Below, piece by piece: positions 1 through 9,278 of a stretch of DNA of 54,166 nucleotides. Both the position numbers and the translations under genes were made by a program. Location: positions 1-54,166 of IMG/VR virus record IMGVR_UViG_3300030380_000295. One strand, 5' to 3'. Source of the stretch: a virus. Taxonomy: Duplodnaviria > Caudoviricetes. Each line of letters opens with the position of its first letter. Position 1 is the first letter of the stretch. A model generated the notes under the pieces. The model saw only the letters and a list, made by a program, of their open reading frames with translations. It searched no databases and was not told the DNA's origin.

Positions 1-100
1 TACCACCATTCTTAATAGATATAGCACCTTGAGAAATACTAACTCCATCTGAACCACCAAAGGTAGCTGTACCTGTTACTGCAGGTGAAGAAATAGTAGG
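1..100. repeat. Terminal direct repeat with 54067-54166 (circular assembly overlap or collapsed fibre repeat)
   Basis: Bases 3-100 are identical to 54069-54166; base 2 is A versus G at 54068 (GGT/GGC, synonymous). Confidence 0.95.
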
Positions 101-1513
101 AGTTGTTAATGTTTTGTTTGTTAAAGTATCTGTAGTTGTTCTACCTACTAATGTATCTGTTGTAGCAGGAAGAGTTATTGTTACATTACCACTGAACGCT
201 GAGTGTGCAGGAGCTTGTAGTCTTGCATAGTGTGCGTTAGAAGACTCACAGTAAAAATCTACATATGACTGTGTACCACCATTTTTAATCTTAATTCCAC
301 CTTGCTCAAGAACTATACCATTTGTAGAGCCACCACCGACTCCAATAGATGTAGTAATCTCTAAAGCTGCAGGTAAAGCAAAGTCTAATGTATTATCTGA
401 ATCTTCATAAGTAACTGATATATTAGATTCTGTGTTAGAGGTAACCATAGCTCCAACAGTATCAGAAATAGTTTCTGCTAATGTAACACCACCTATAGTA
501 ATTGCATCAGCTTCTAATGTACCATCTATGTCTGCATCACCACTAATATCTAATGTGGCTGCATCTAACTCACCACTGATAGTTATATTTCTACCACCAG
601 TTATGTCTTTGTTTGAATCTGTAATTATAGCTTTACTTGCTATAACTGTTCCGTTTGTTATACCATCTATAAGATTAATGTCTGCAGCACTTGCTGTAAC
701 ACCATCAAGTATATTAAGTTCTGAAGTAGTTGCAGTTACTCCATCTAACAGATTAATCTCTGCTGCTGTCGATGTAACTCCGTCAAGTATATTGAGTTCT
801 GCTGTTGTAGATGTGACACCATCGAGTAAATTTAGTTCGGCTGCTGTAGATGTAACACCATCAAGGATGTTTAGTTCAGCAGCAGTTGATGTAATTGCTG
901 TACCATTGAAGTTAATACCATCTAGGTAAGCTATACCATCAATGTATAAGTCTTTCCATTCTTGGGTAGAACTTCCTAAGTCATATGTATTATCATCATC
1001 AGGTATTATGTTTGAGTCTACGTCAGCTCCAAAGACTACATTGTCTGAAGCAGCATCACCAAGAGTAAGTGTACCACCATTAAAAGTTGTTGTTCCTGTT
1101 ACTGTTAAGTTACCACCAACAGCTACATTACCTGTTGTGGTTATTGAATCTATATATGCATCTTTGAAATATAGTGAAGATGTTCCTAAGTCTACATCAC
1201 TATCTGTTACTGGTAATACAGCTCCATCTTGAATTCTTATTTGCTCTACTGCTGCAGAAGAAACTTCTACAAAGACTCCCCATCTGTTGTTTGTACTATC
1301 TACTTCTATTTTATTTAAGAAATCTAAATCTCCAATCTTAAATATATTACCACCTTGTCCGGCTGTGCCATCGTGTCTGTGCCCTGTAGAGCTTGCACTG
1401 CTAGAACTGTAAGCAAATGCATTAACTAATTGATTGTATTCATTGTTGAATAACGCAGCAGTTATAGTATCTCCATCTGCAAACGAACTCTGTCGTGTAT
1501 ATGTTTGTGCCAT
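1..1513 (-). CDS. Tail fibre protein, N-terminal part (runs off the left end and continues in frame at 54067 down to 51329)
   Basis: Not in the ORF track because it has no stop inside the window. ATG at 1513 gives MAQTYTRQSSFADGDTITAALFNNEYNQLVNAF...GHRHDGT, a typical marine podophage fibre anchor. It reads ...QGAISIKNGG at base 2 in the same frame as the right-end ORF; the joined product is about 1416 aa. Confidence 0.85.
   Translation of the reverse strand, partial: MAQTYTRQSSFADGDTITAALFNNEYNQLVNAFAYSSSSASSTGHRHDGTAGQGGNIFKIGDLDFLNKIEVDSTNNRWGVFVEVSSAAVEQIRIQDGAVLPVTDSDVDLGTSSLYFKDAYIDSITTTGNVAVGGNLTVTGTTTFNGGTLTLGDAASDNVVFGADVDSNIIPDDDNTYDLGSSTQEWKDLYIDGIAYLDGINFNGTAITSTAAELNILDGVTSTAAELNLLDGVTSTTAELNILDGVTSTAAEINLLDGVTATTSELNILDGVTASAADINLIDGITNGTVIASKAIITDSNKDITGGRNITISGELDAATLDISGDADIDGTLEADAITIGGVTLAETISDTVGAMVTSNTESNISVTYEDSDNTLDFALPAALEITTSIGVGGGSTNGIVLEQGGIKIKNGGTQSYVDFYCESSNAHYARLQAPAHSAFSGNVTITLPATTDTLVGRTTTDTLTNKTLTTPTISSPAVTGTATFGGSDGVSISQGAISIKNGG
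660..900 (-). repeat. About six 13-aa (39-nt) tandem repeats TAAELN(I/L)LDGVTS in the tail fibre
   Basis: Minus-strand translation shows STAAELNILDGVT units; the DNA shows recurring gatgtaacaccatc-like words. Confidence 0.85.
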
Positions 1514-1516
1514 TTA

Positions 1517-3124
1517 TTATCTCCTGCCTGAAGGTACGTAATTTATATAAAGTCCATTAATGGTATATGGAGCTTTCGTATCATCACTAATTACTGTAAA
1601 ACTATTACTATGTCCACTACCTTGTAGTGCAACTCTTGTTAAAGGATTTTCTGCTCCACCAAATACGTTTGTATTAAATAAAGCTTCACCTAATATTGAT
1701 GGTGGGTCTATAATTCCTAAATCAAAAGGGTTTGGTGGTTGTGGAATATCGGTACTACCATAATCGAATCTAACTTGAACATCTGGTTCTACAACACCTT
1801 CTGCACTTGCAGAGACTTTTAAATAATGTAAAGTCTTTAATGTTCCTAAATCTCCATAGTCATAGTCTGGAGTTGCATAACGTGCTAAAATACTAGAGCC
1901 ATCAAATGTATTCCCAGTATCATGTTGATAAATGTACCCTTCAGTATCTCCATGATAATACTGTTCAACATTATTACTGTCAAACCCTGATCCAATAGCA
2001 GTAACTTCTAAACTTCTTGTTTCAGACCATTGAAATCCTTCAGGTCTTAGTGTTCCTATAATTCCTTTTTGTTGTGTCTGTTCTAGACTATCATTACAAT
2101 AAAATAATCTATATTGCGATTTATCTCTTAGTACAACGCTACTTATTATAAAGCTATTAATGCTTTCTGTCAAGTCTGTAACTAATGGTTGTATAGCCTT
2201 ACTTACAGTTCCTAATTCAACGTCACCAATTCTTGCTGTACCTGCAACTGTTCTTAGTCCATCAGGTGCTAAAAATATTAAGTCACCACCAATCTCTTGA
2301 ATACTGTAGCCACTTAAACAACCTACGTTTTTTGTAACTGGTACTATTGCAATATTACTTGCATCATTTATATTTATAAGTTTAAATATACTGTTTGTAC
2401 AAAATATAAATAACTCATTACGGAAACCTTTAATACCTTCTATTTGGTCTTCTAGTACTATTGAACCTGAACCGCTTCCACTAAAACTTGTTGGGTCTAA
2501 AGTAGAACTATAAAATACTGTATTTAAGTTATCTTCTACTCCTCCAACAATTAAATGTTTATCGTGAGTTGTAACATATTTTGCATGTTTAGTTCCAGTG
2601 ACGGTAATTTCTTCTGCAAAAAATGTTCTAGTACTTAAGTTTCCTGCCCCCTCCATTCTAAATAGATAAGGTTTATTTGCACCATCTGATATAATAACTT
2701 GACCATAATCAAATGTAGCACCATCAAACAATGTAAATTGACACTGCCCTTGTCCAGTTCTAGTAAGTGTACTACGTCCTGTAAATGCTGTATGATTGTC
2801 TCCACTTCCAGATACAGAAGCTCTTCCTATGTTTAACCAATTCTGTCCATCGTTACTAAAAAATATACCAGTACCTGCAGTAACTATAACACCATCAGCA
2901 TAAGTAAACGTACCTAGTATATTAGTTGCACCACCAGTAGGTCTTGTTGCATTAGTAGTACCAAATTTTTGATAGCCATTAATACGTCTATATCCACCCT
3001 CTGTAGATACTTCAAAGTTTCTAAGTTCTCTAGCTACACCGGGAGTTCTTAATAAGTCTATTGAGTTAGCAGACTTAACTAAACCACCATCACATGCAAC
3101 TGTATAAGGTTGCGATTGTGCCAC
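1517..3124 (-). CDS. Tail nozzle / head-closure protein (tubular protein B-like, beta-propeller)
   Basis: 535 aa, beta-rich, GCLSGYSIQEIGGDLIFLAPDGLR motif; lies after the adaptor gene. Confidence 0.7.
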   Translation of the reverse strand: MAQSQPYTVACDGGLVKSANSIDLLRTPGVARELRNFEVSTEGGYRRINGYQKFGTTNATRPTGGATNILGTFTYADGVIVTAGTGIFFSNDGQNWLNIGRASVSGSGDNHTAFTGRSTLTRTGQGQCQFTLFDGATFDYGQVIISDGANKPYLFRMEGAGNLSTRTFFAEEITVTGTKHAKYVTTHDKHLIVGGVEDNLNTVFYSSTLDPTSFSGSGSGSIVLEDQIEGIKGFRNELFIFCTNSIFKLININDASNIAIVPVTKNVGCLSGYSIQEIGGDLIFLAPDGLRTVAGTARIGDVELGTVSKAIQPLVTDLTESINSFIISSVVLRDKSQYRLFYCNDSLEQTQQKGIIGTLRPEGFQWSETRSLEVTAIGSGFDSNNVEQYYHGDTEGYIYQHDTGNTFDGSSILARYATPDYDYGDLGTLKTLHYLKVSASAEGVVEPDVQVRFDYGSTDIPQPPNPFDLGIIDPPSILGEALFNTNVFGGAENPLTRVALQGSGHSNSFTVISDDTKAPYTINGLYINYVPSGRR

Positions 3125-3891
3125 TAGAAGTATCTCCTATCATCTGTAAAGTAAGTCGGTGATGGATTAAGAAGATTAGATTTCATCTGTCTCATACCTT
3201 TTTTATAATCATCCATAGCAAAAGCTGCTTGTTGTGGGCTTTCTTTAAATTGCCATACGTAATATCTAGCTCGTGAAGTTATTACATTCGCATACTGATC
3301 TGGTAATATAATTTCATCACTAAAAGCTGATAGTGCAGTAGGTGCATTATAAGCATAAAAATGTACGTTATAAACTTTGTCGGGGATAGGACTTAATCCA
3401 AATTTACGATGATCTGGACTACGAATAACATATTTAGGCTGTCCATATTGTTGAGTATCTGCATCATCATTATTTTCTGCATCTCTTAAATATCTTGTCC
3501 AATCCTCTAAAGTAATAAATTTTAAACCCTGTGAAACGTAAGGAGCTGTTTCTCCACTTACATTAATTGTGGTAAGATAAAAATCATCCCAGTCTACTGA
3601 TGAATAGTCAGTGGTAATACTAGAACTTCCTTCTTTTAAAGTGTACCATCTTGTACCTGCTGTAGTTGCTACAGTAACATTCCCATAAAAAGGATCAGTT
3701 CCTCCACTTGCTGCAACTGCAAAAAATGGAAGTTGTGGTTCTTCATTAGCAATGTCGTTTAAAGATTTGTTAATAGAATTTTTAACAAAGTTTTGTATTC
3801 CTGTTGCAGTAGCAAACGTAGACGAAGTTAATTCAATTTCATTTAGTTCTCTAAGAACATCGTTTGTTAGTGTCAGGAATGTTGTTGCCAT
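3124..3891 (-). CDS. Head-tail adaptor (tubular protein A-like)
   Basis: 255 aa starting TFLTLTNDVLRELNE, with G.P..V...PD...GLSPIPD.VY motif; follows the capsid gene. Confidence 0.7.
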   Translation of the reverse strand: MATTFLTLTNDVLRELNEIELTSSTFATATGIQNFVKNSINKSLNDIANEEPQLPFFAVAASGGTDPFYGNVTVATTAGTRWYTLKEGSSSITTDYSSVDWDDFYLTTINVSGETAPYVSQGLKFITLEDWTRYLRDAENNDDADTQQYGQPKYVIRSPDHRKFGLSPIPDKVYNVHFYAYNAPTALSAFSDEIILPDQYANVITSRARYYVWQFKESPQQAAFAMDDYKKGMRQMKSNLLNPSPTYFTDDRRYF

Positions 3892-4067
3892 TATTTTTTA
3901 CCTTTAGCTTTTTTCTGTGCTGTTTTACTTAATTGATTAAAATGAAAAACCGGTTTACTTGTTTTTGTATGAGTTTTATTAGAGTGGACTTTACCATCAG
4001 GCATTTTATGTGTACTGCCTTTAAACTCTTTACCATCTCTAAAATAATGTTTTACACCTTTAGCCAT
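3891..4067 (-). CDS. Small basic hypothetical protein (58 aa)
   Basis: Below the track cutoff: MAKGVKHYFRDGKEFKGSTHKMPDGKVHSNKTHT...KK; its stop overlaps the next ATG. Confidence 0.7.
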   Translation of the reverse strand: MAKGVKHYFRDGKEFKGSTHKMPDGKVHSNKTHTKTSKPVFHFNQLSKTAQKKAKGKK

Positions 4068-4069
4068 GA

Positions 4070-4216
4070 TTAATTAGGATTTTTAAAATCAACTAAACCA
4101 CCATCGGTGTACATCATACGTGTTTTACCACCATCCATTTTTTTCTTTCTTGCTTTTGAAGCAGCAGCTTTACCTGCTTTATCATAAGAATATTTTTTTC
4201 CATTTACCATTGGCAT
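4070..4216 (-). CDS. Small basic hypothetical protein (48 aa)
   Basis: MPMVNGKKYSYDKAGKAAASKARKKKMDGGKTRMMYTDGGLVDFKNPN with a GGAG RBS upstream. Confidence 0.7.
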   Translation of the reverse strand: MPMVNGKKYSYDKAGKAAASKARKKKMDGGKTRMMYTDGGLVDFKNPN

Positions 4217-4242
4217 AATATTTCTCCAGTTAATATATTAGT

Positions 4243-4289
4243 TAAAAGTGTAAGGGGGAAGCGAACACCTGATTCCTTCCCCACTTACG
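4243..4289 (-). terminator. Probable intrinsic terminator after the major capsid gene
   Basis: Minus strand GTAAG-T-GGGGAAG...CTTCCCC-CTTAC stem followed by ACTTTT. Confidence 0.6.
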
Positions 4290-4295
4290 GATTGC

Positions 4296-5285
4296 TTAGT
4301 CTACTACATAGAAAGCAGATGCTAGAGCTTCTGGTCTAAGTACTTCCGCACCATAGACATGAAGACCTCTAACTATATCACCAAATGAATCTGGATCACG
4401 AATGACCTCAGTTGATGTTATAGCTTGAGCAGTAGCTGTAGACGATATGTGTCCTGCTAATACTTTACCAGTAGCGTTAGACGTACTAGCAACGTTATTA
4501 GATTTGTACATATCAAATCCACGTAGTTTACCACTAGCAACTAAACCATTTCTCAATGATCCTTGACCTGCATTGAAGTCAACAGATAGTAGTTTAGAAC
4601 CAGATTGTGAAAGCTCTTCGTAGAACGAAGGTGGTGCTAAGAACCATCTTCCTTCTTCAGGTATGCTTTGGTCATCTAGTAATCTAGCCATTCTAGCCAT
4701 AAGGTCTAGAGCATCTACACCAGTTCCGTCAGAACCTAAAAGGTCTACAGAATTAGTAGCGTGAGCTAGTGTTGCATCAGCAGTAGAGCTGTCTGAACCA
4801 ATAACGTGGTCAGGTGAACTTGACGATACACCTGCAAACATTTCAGCAATAACTCCTGCATCAAATGCATCTCTCAATGCATAAGCAGCAGATGAACTAG
4901 CTACTTCTTTAAAGTTCACGTGAGACATTGAAGTTTCAATATCATCAACGATGAATTTAAAAGCGTTAGCTACGTCAACGACCATAGTAAGTTCTTGGTC
5001 AGTCAATGCTGTTTTAGTTACGTTAGCACCTCTCTCATATTGATAGACGGTGATTTCCGGTTCTTTAATGATTCTTACAGTATCTCCGAAAGCAGATATT
5101 TCTCCTGAGTAATCAGTATTAGTGATTGCTTCTGCTACCGAAGCTTTTCTGAAAAAGTTTAAAACCTTTTTAGAATAGACTTTCGGTAAGAAAAAGGAGT
5201 TAGTCTGACCACTTACGGAATTACCAAAGTTACCATTAGTATCAGTTGATTGCTCAAATAGAGCATCAGATTGATTAAATGCCAT
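4296..5285 (-). CDS. Major capsid protein (HK97 fold, P22-coat-like)
   Basis: 329 aa with FLPKVYSKKVL, ITNTDYSGEISAFGDTVRI and RDPDSFGDIVRGLHVYGAEVLRPE motifs; strong AAGGAG RBS; follows the scaffold gene. Confidence 0.9.
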   Translation of the reverse strand: MAFNQSDALFEQSTDTNGNFGNSVSGQTNSFFLPKVYSKKVLNFFRKASVAEAITNTDYSGEISAFGDTVRIIKEPEITVYQYERGANVTKTALTDQELTMVVDVANAFKFIVDDIETSMSHVNFKEVASSSAAYALRDAFDAGVIAEMFAGVSSSSPDHVIGSDSSTADATLAHATNSVDLLGSDGTGVDALDLMARMARLLDDQSIPEEGRWFLAPPSFYEELSQSGSKLLSVDFNAGQGSLRNGLVASGKLRGFDMYKSNNVASTSNATGKVLAGHISSTATAQAITSTEVIRDPDSFGDIVRGLHVYGAEVLRPEALASAFYVVD

Positions 5286-5314
5286 AATTATTCTCCTTGA
5301 ATATTATATTTTGG

Positions 5315-6187
5315 TTATCCAATAATTCTACCTTCCTCTAGGGCTTTGTCGATTTCACTTTCGAGTCTATCGTACTCATCCATAGATAAGGCAGCAATTT
5401 CCTGTTGTGTCCAAATCTTAGGTTCAGTTACGTCTGCAGGTTTGGTAGTCTTAGTAGATACTAAATCTGCTGCATCTGTCCTTGATTTGGTAGGAGTTGA
5501 TTTTTCAGGCACGATTCCATTTTCAGCTTTAAAAAGATCGATGGCTTTACTTGCAAGAGTTGCATTGTTTGGATTATTATAAATCCAATCTTTGATCTCT
5601 TCTGGTTGATTATCTGCCCAATCATGGAATGCATCACTACTTCTAAGTTCATCAAAGTCAGGATGTTTATTCAACAAATCTTTCTCTGCTTCTCTTTTTA
5701 ATATTTCTGATTCACGATTCTGCATTGCATCTAATCTTTCTTGCAGTGTTGCAAGTTTCTCTTCACTTTGCAGATGGGCTACGGATTCAACCACTTCATA
5801 AACATCAGGATATTGAGATTTAAATTGTTCTAGTTCTTCGGGAGTTTTAGGAGCTACATACTCAGGCTGCGTTTCTGTAACCTTTTGTAATAACTCTTGT
5901 TCTCGAGTTCTAAAATTATTTAAACTATTATCATAATGTTTTTTTAAGTCATCATATCTTTTTTTGTAATCTGGACGTTTATGAGTTTGTTCTTTAGTTG
6001 GAGCAGGTTCTGCATTCACAGGTGCTGCCTCTTCTTCTGAACTTACTTGTGGACGTTCAAAAAACAATCCTTCTGCCGTATCTCCATGTTTAGGCATTAC
6101 ATTATCTGTGTGCCATGTTTTTTTCTGGTTATACGGATTTGGTGTTGCTTCTACGGATTCCTCCTGTATTTGTTCAACTTCTGTCAT
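5315..6187 (-). CDS. Capsid scaffolding protein
   Basis: 290 aa, acidic and helical, DYKKRYDDLKKHY and C-terminal EID.A..EGRI; directly upstream of the capsid gene. Confidence 0.8.
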   Translation of the reverse strand: MTEVEQIQEESVEATPNPYNQKKTWHTDNVMPKHGDTAEGLFFERPQVSSEEEAAPVNAEPAPTKEQTHKRPDYKKRYDDLKKHYDNSLNNFRTREQELLQKVTETQPEYVAPKTPEELEQFKSQYPDVYEVVESVAHLQSEEKLATLQERLDAMQNRESEILKREAEKDLLNKHPDFDELRSSDAFHDWADNQPEEIKDWIYNNPNNATLASKAIDLFKAENGIVPEKSTPTKSRTDAADLVSTKTTKPADVTEPKIWTQQEIAALSMDEYDRLESEIDKALEEGRIIG

Positions 6188-6194
6188 TTTGGTT

Positions 6195-6320
6195 CTCCTT
6201 AAGGGCTTGTGCTATTTCCAAGGTAGCCTATTCTAAAAACGTCTTTTTTATTAGGGGCTTGTCTTACAAGGTAGCTAAAGGTTATAAATTGGTAGGGGTT
6301 ACTGACGTAAGTAGCCTACC
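6195..6320 (-). promoter_or_regulatory. Three tandem RNA hairpins with a conserved CUAC/C-rich internal loop in the scaffold leader
   Basis: Units at 6201-6229, 6251-6278 and 6291-6320; the last transcribed unit abuts the AAGGAG RBS. Confidence 0.6.
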
Positions 6321-6325
6321 GGTTG

Positions 6326-7036
6326 TTAGCTTCTGACGTAAGCTCTGGTAGAAAGCATAGACTTTTTAAGTTCGTCACCCACTAAATCATCTTCCTCTTT
6401 TATCATCGCTTGACTACCTACAGTTTCTTTCGTCACTCTAATGTCTTGCGTTTGAGGTTCGGGTTGAGCTTTATAAACAGTCTCATCTTCTTCCATTACA
6501 CCGCCATCAGCCATATCTCGTCTTCCATCTGCAGCAGCTTCTGCTTGTTTCATCATAGACATTAAAGTGTCTTCTCCGATTTCTTCAGTTGCTTTTGCAG
6601 TAAAGACGAATTCCCCATCCGATAGCCTTGCGGGTATCGAATCGGACCTACCAGTTCCCGGACCTTCTACAGTACCAGAACCAGTAAATTCTGTTGCACT
6701 CTCGACTACTTGATCAAATAACTCACTGAGTCTATCATCTTTTTCGAGAGCATCTATTAAATAATTTCTATCTTCATTAGACAATGTTTCTTCTACAACA
6801 TAGTCTACATAATCTTCTTCCATTTCTTCGTCAGGAAGCATAGGTTGTTCTTGTTCCATTGGCATAGGTTGTTCTTCAACTTTAGCAGGTGCTACAGATA
6901 TTGCAAGTGCATTCATCTGATCATCTATTTCTCCACCTTCTGCTTTCTTTACTCGTAGTATAGCAAAGTCTTCACCACTAATCTTGCCATCTTTATTAGT
7001 ATCTAATTTTTTTTGTTTACCTTTTAACTTTGCCAT
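6326..7036 (-). CDS. Conserved head-module hypothetical protein
   Basis: 236 aa with EF-hand-like DTNKDGKISGEDF and the GPGTGRSDSIPARLSDGEFV motif common in phage virion proteins. Confidence 0.7.
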   Translation of the reverse strand: MAKLKGKQKKLDTNKDGKISGEDFAILRVKKAEGGEIDDQMNALAISVAPAKVEEQPMPMEQEQPMLPDEEMEEDYVDYVVEETLSNEDRNYLIDALEKDDRLSELFDQVVESATEFTGSGTVEGPGTGRSDSIPARLSDGEFVFTAKATEEIGEDTLMSMMKQAEAAADGRRDMADGGVMEEDETVYKAQPEPQTQDIRVTKETVGSQAMIKEEDDLVGDELKKSMLSTRAYVRS

Positions 7037-7266
7037 TAGTCTTCCTTTCTATTTAGTGTTACTTTTACTTCTTCTTTAAGTTTACTCAATGTTTCCACTA
7101 AAGCCCACTTCCCCCGGTTGAGGAACAATTCCTGTTCCGATGTTGCCACCACCAGACCCTGTACGGTCAAGTTCTTCTGGTGATTGAGGTGGTCCTGTAG
7201 GGCTTCCCATGCCTGCGGGTTGTTGACCAGTGGGAGGAGTTTCTTCGCCTGTTGTTTGCTGAGCAT
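7036..7266 (-). CDS. Small portal-adjacent protein overlapping the portal 3' end
   Basis: 76 aa, helical (LLPLVNN..AW..L...); AGGA RBS; its stop overlaps the next ATG. Confidence 0.6.
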   Translation of the reverse strand: MLSKQQAKKLLPLVNNPQAWEALQDHLNHQKNLTVQGLVVATSEQELFLNRGKWALVETLSKLKEEVKVTLNRKED

Positions 7267-9277
7267 TTTGCATTCCTATTATTTGGGCAGCTATTGCAGC
7301 TTCTTCCGGACTGTTTAGAATTTCTTCTGGGTCTAGGTCGAGACTGAAAGCTAGTTCACTAATTAACTTAGACATCTTAACAAATGGTGCAACTGCAGGA
7401 TTTTGTGCAGTTTGCAAGAACATTGTAAGTCTTTGTGATCTAACTTCTTTCTGCATGAGACTTGCTGTACCCATTGCTTGTATTTCTAGATCACCAACAA
7501 TATCTAAATCTTCTTCTATAAATTGCATATTCCAATGGAAGAAAGCTTCTCCTAAAGGTTTAAGCAAAAAATCGTCAATGTTTTTTATAACTGTTTTAAT
7601 ATTTAAACTTGATGCACCGAGTAGCATTGACATACCTGATGCAGTCCTAGTCATGCTCTGTACTCCTGTCTGCCCATGAGAGTAACTAGGTATTCCAGTT
7701 TGTTCGTCTGCAAGTTGTCTAAACTTGTCAAACATCATCATATTTTCTTGTGCTGTATTTGGAAACTTAATTCCATGTATAGACTGTCCCGGCATTCCTG
7801 CTTGTCTTCTAAATATCTTTCCGGGATATATATCCATAGACTGTCCACCTACTAAAGCAGACTCATCTACATCAAATACTAGTGAACCTGATAACGCTAA
7901 GTTATCAATAGCCATCCTAGCATGTCCATTCATTATTTGTTGAGAGTCTAACATGTTTTCAGGAACTCCAATACCAAAGAAACTATATGGATTCTTTTCG
8001 TAAGGGAATGCATGATAAGGTAATGTTGGAGGTGTAAACGGATTTACAACAGCTCTCAATAAATTCTGTCCACATACCCATGCATTAATCTGTACTTCAT
8101 CTAAATCATCTACTGTATCAGGTAAATTAATTCCTACTTCACGAGCATAGTCTGCATCCATAACTCCCCAGTATTCTAGTATTTCATATCTGTCTGAGTA
8201 GTCTGCTTCACTTCTATCTTCGTCTGCAGTTATTTGATCTTCAAAGTCACGAGCTTCATAATTTGGACCCATTTGTAAAACATTTCTAATAGCATCCTTA
8301 TCAAAGTAAGGCATGTGTCGAAGATTACGAACTTGACTTCTATTAAACTTATGTCTGTGAACAATGTAATCACACTCTTCCATTGTAGTAGCATTAGGGT
8401 CAGGATAAAAATCCCAACAACTTACAAACTCTACTCTGGGAACTCGTACATGTGTAGGTGTATAATTTCTACCTTCTTCTCCAGTTGTCCAACGATGTAA
8501 TGTTTTATTAAAACTAAATGGTCCTTTAAGTATTCCAGTACCAAGCATAGCTGATTCAAACAATGCATTACGTAATTCAGATACACCATTTGATTCTTCT
8601 AGTTGATCATGAATTAGTTTTTCCATATTCCTAGCAGCAATTTGTGCAGGGTTGATACTAGGTACAGGCATAGGAGAACGACCTGCTGTTAAAACTATTT
8701 CTCCATCCTGTCCTGTATAATTATCTTCTAATGAAGATAGAAAACTTTCACCACTTGTTAAAGTAGCTCCGGGTTTTAAAACATTACCATCACCTTCGAA
8801 TCCAACATCAAAAGGATTAGAAGTTACTTCTACTTGTGAAACATCTATACCACTTTCTATTTGTGGTCCTTCAATACTAACTGGTGCTTGATTTAATTCT
8901 ATGTGAGCTTCTTTGGCTATACCTTCCGGTAGCCTTGTTTCTTTTACTGATATTGGAAACTCACCTGTTCCAAACAGTACGTCAATAAGTTGACCATAAG
9001 CAGCTACAGTTTTAGTTTTGGTAACTTTAATAAAAACTCTTGACTTTTCAGATTCTCTAAACTTAACACGCTTTCCGTATAACCCTCTAAAGTTTTGATA
9101 AGATTCTAACCATCTATGTTCATCACCTTGTCTAGCTCTTTCTGCATCTGAAAAACGACTTTTAATAATACCTACGAGGTTTCTGCTTTGATCTTCCTCA
9201 AGCTGTAAGGCTTTACCATCTTCACCTTCTACATCTTCGTATAGATTATCTGCATTTAAAAATGTATTTTCTTCCAT
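7082..9277 (-). CDS. Portal protein
   Basis: About 730 aa with FIKVTKTKT.AAY, WDFYPDP, PYSFFGIGV and RTASGMSML motifs; follows terL. ATG at 9277 is preferred over the track start TTG at 9289. Confidence 0.9.
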   Translation of the reverse strand: MEENTFLNADNLYEDVEGEDGKALQLEEDQSRNLVGIIKSRFSDAERARQGDEHRWLESYQNFRGLYGKRVKFRESEKSRVFIKVTKTKTVAAYGQLIDVLFGTGEFPISVKETRLPEGIAKEAHIELNQAPVSIEGPQIESGIDVSQVEVTSNPFDVGFEGDGNVLKPGATLTSGESFLSSLEDNYTGQDGEIVLTAGRSPMPVPSINPAQIAARNMEKLIHDQLEESNGVSELRNALFESAMLGTGILKGPFSFNKTLHRWTTGEEGRNYTPTHVRVPRVEFVSCWDFYPDPNATTMEECDYIVHRHKFNRSQVRNLRHMPYFDKDAIRNVLQMGPNYEARDFEDQITADEDRSEADYSDRYEILEYWGVMDADYAREVGINLPDTVDDLDEVQINAWVCGQNLLRAVVNPFTPPTLPYHAFPYEKNPYSFFGIGVPENMLDSQQIMNGHARMAIDNLALSGSLVFDVDESALVGGQSMDIYPGKIFRRQAGMPGQSIHGIKFPNTAQENMMMFDKFRQLADEQTGIPSYSHGQTGVQSMTRTASGMSMLLGASSLNIKTVIKNIDDFLLKPLGEAFFHWNMQFIEEDLDIVGDLEIQAMGTASLMQKEVRSQRLTMFLQTAQNPAVAPFVKMSKLISELAFSLDLDPEEILNSPEEAAIAAQIIGMQNAQQTTGEETPPTGQQPAGMGSPTGPPQSPEELDRTGSGGGNIGTGIVPQPGEVGFSGNIE

Positions 9278-9278
9278 A

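Noticed and set aside
432-1232. Plus-strand ORFs 432..929 and 942..1232, and similar ORFs opposite genes (e.g. 1560, 5346, 9484, 31677, 33332, 35925, 46118, 46122, 50761, 52359)
   Set aside because: Antisense shadows of real genes caused by codon bias; no RBS or recognisable motifs.
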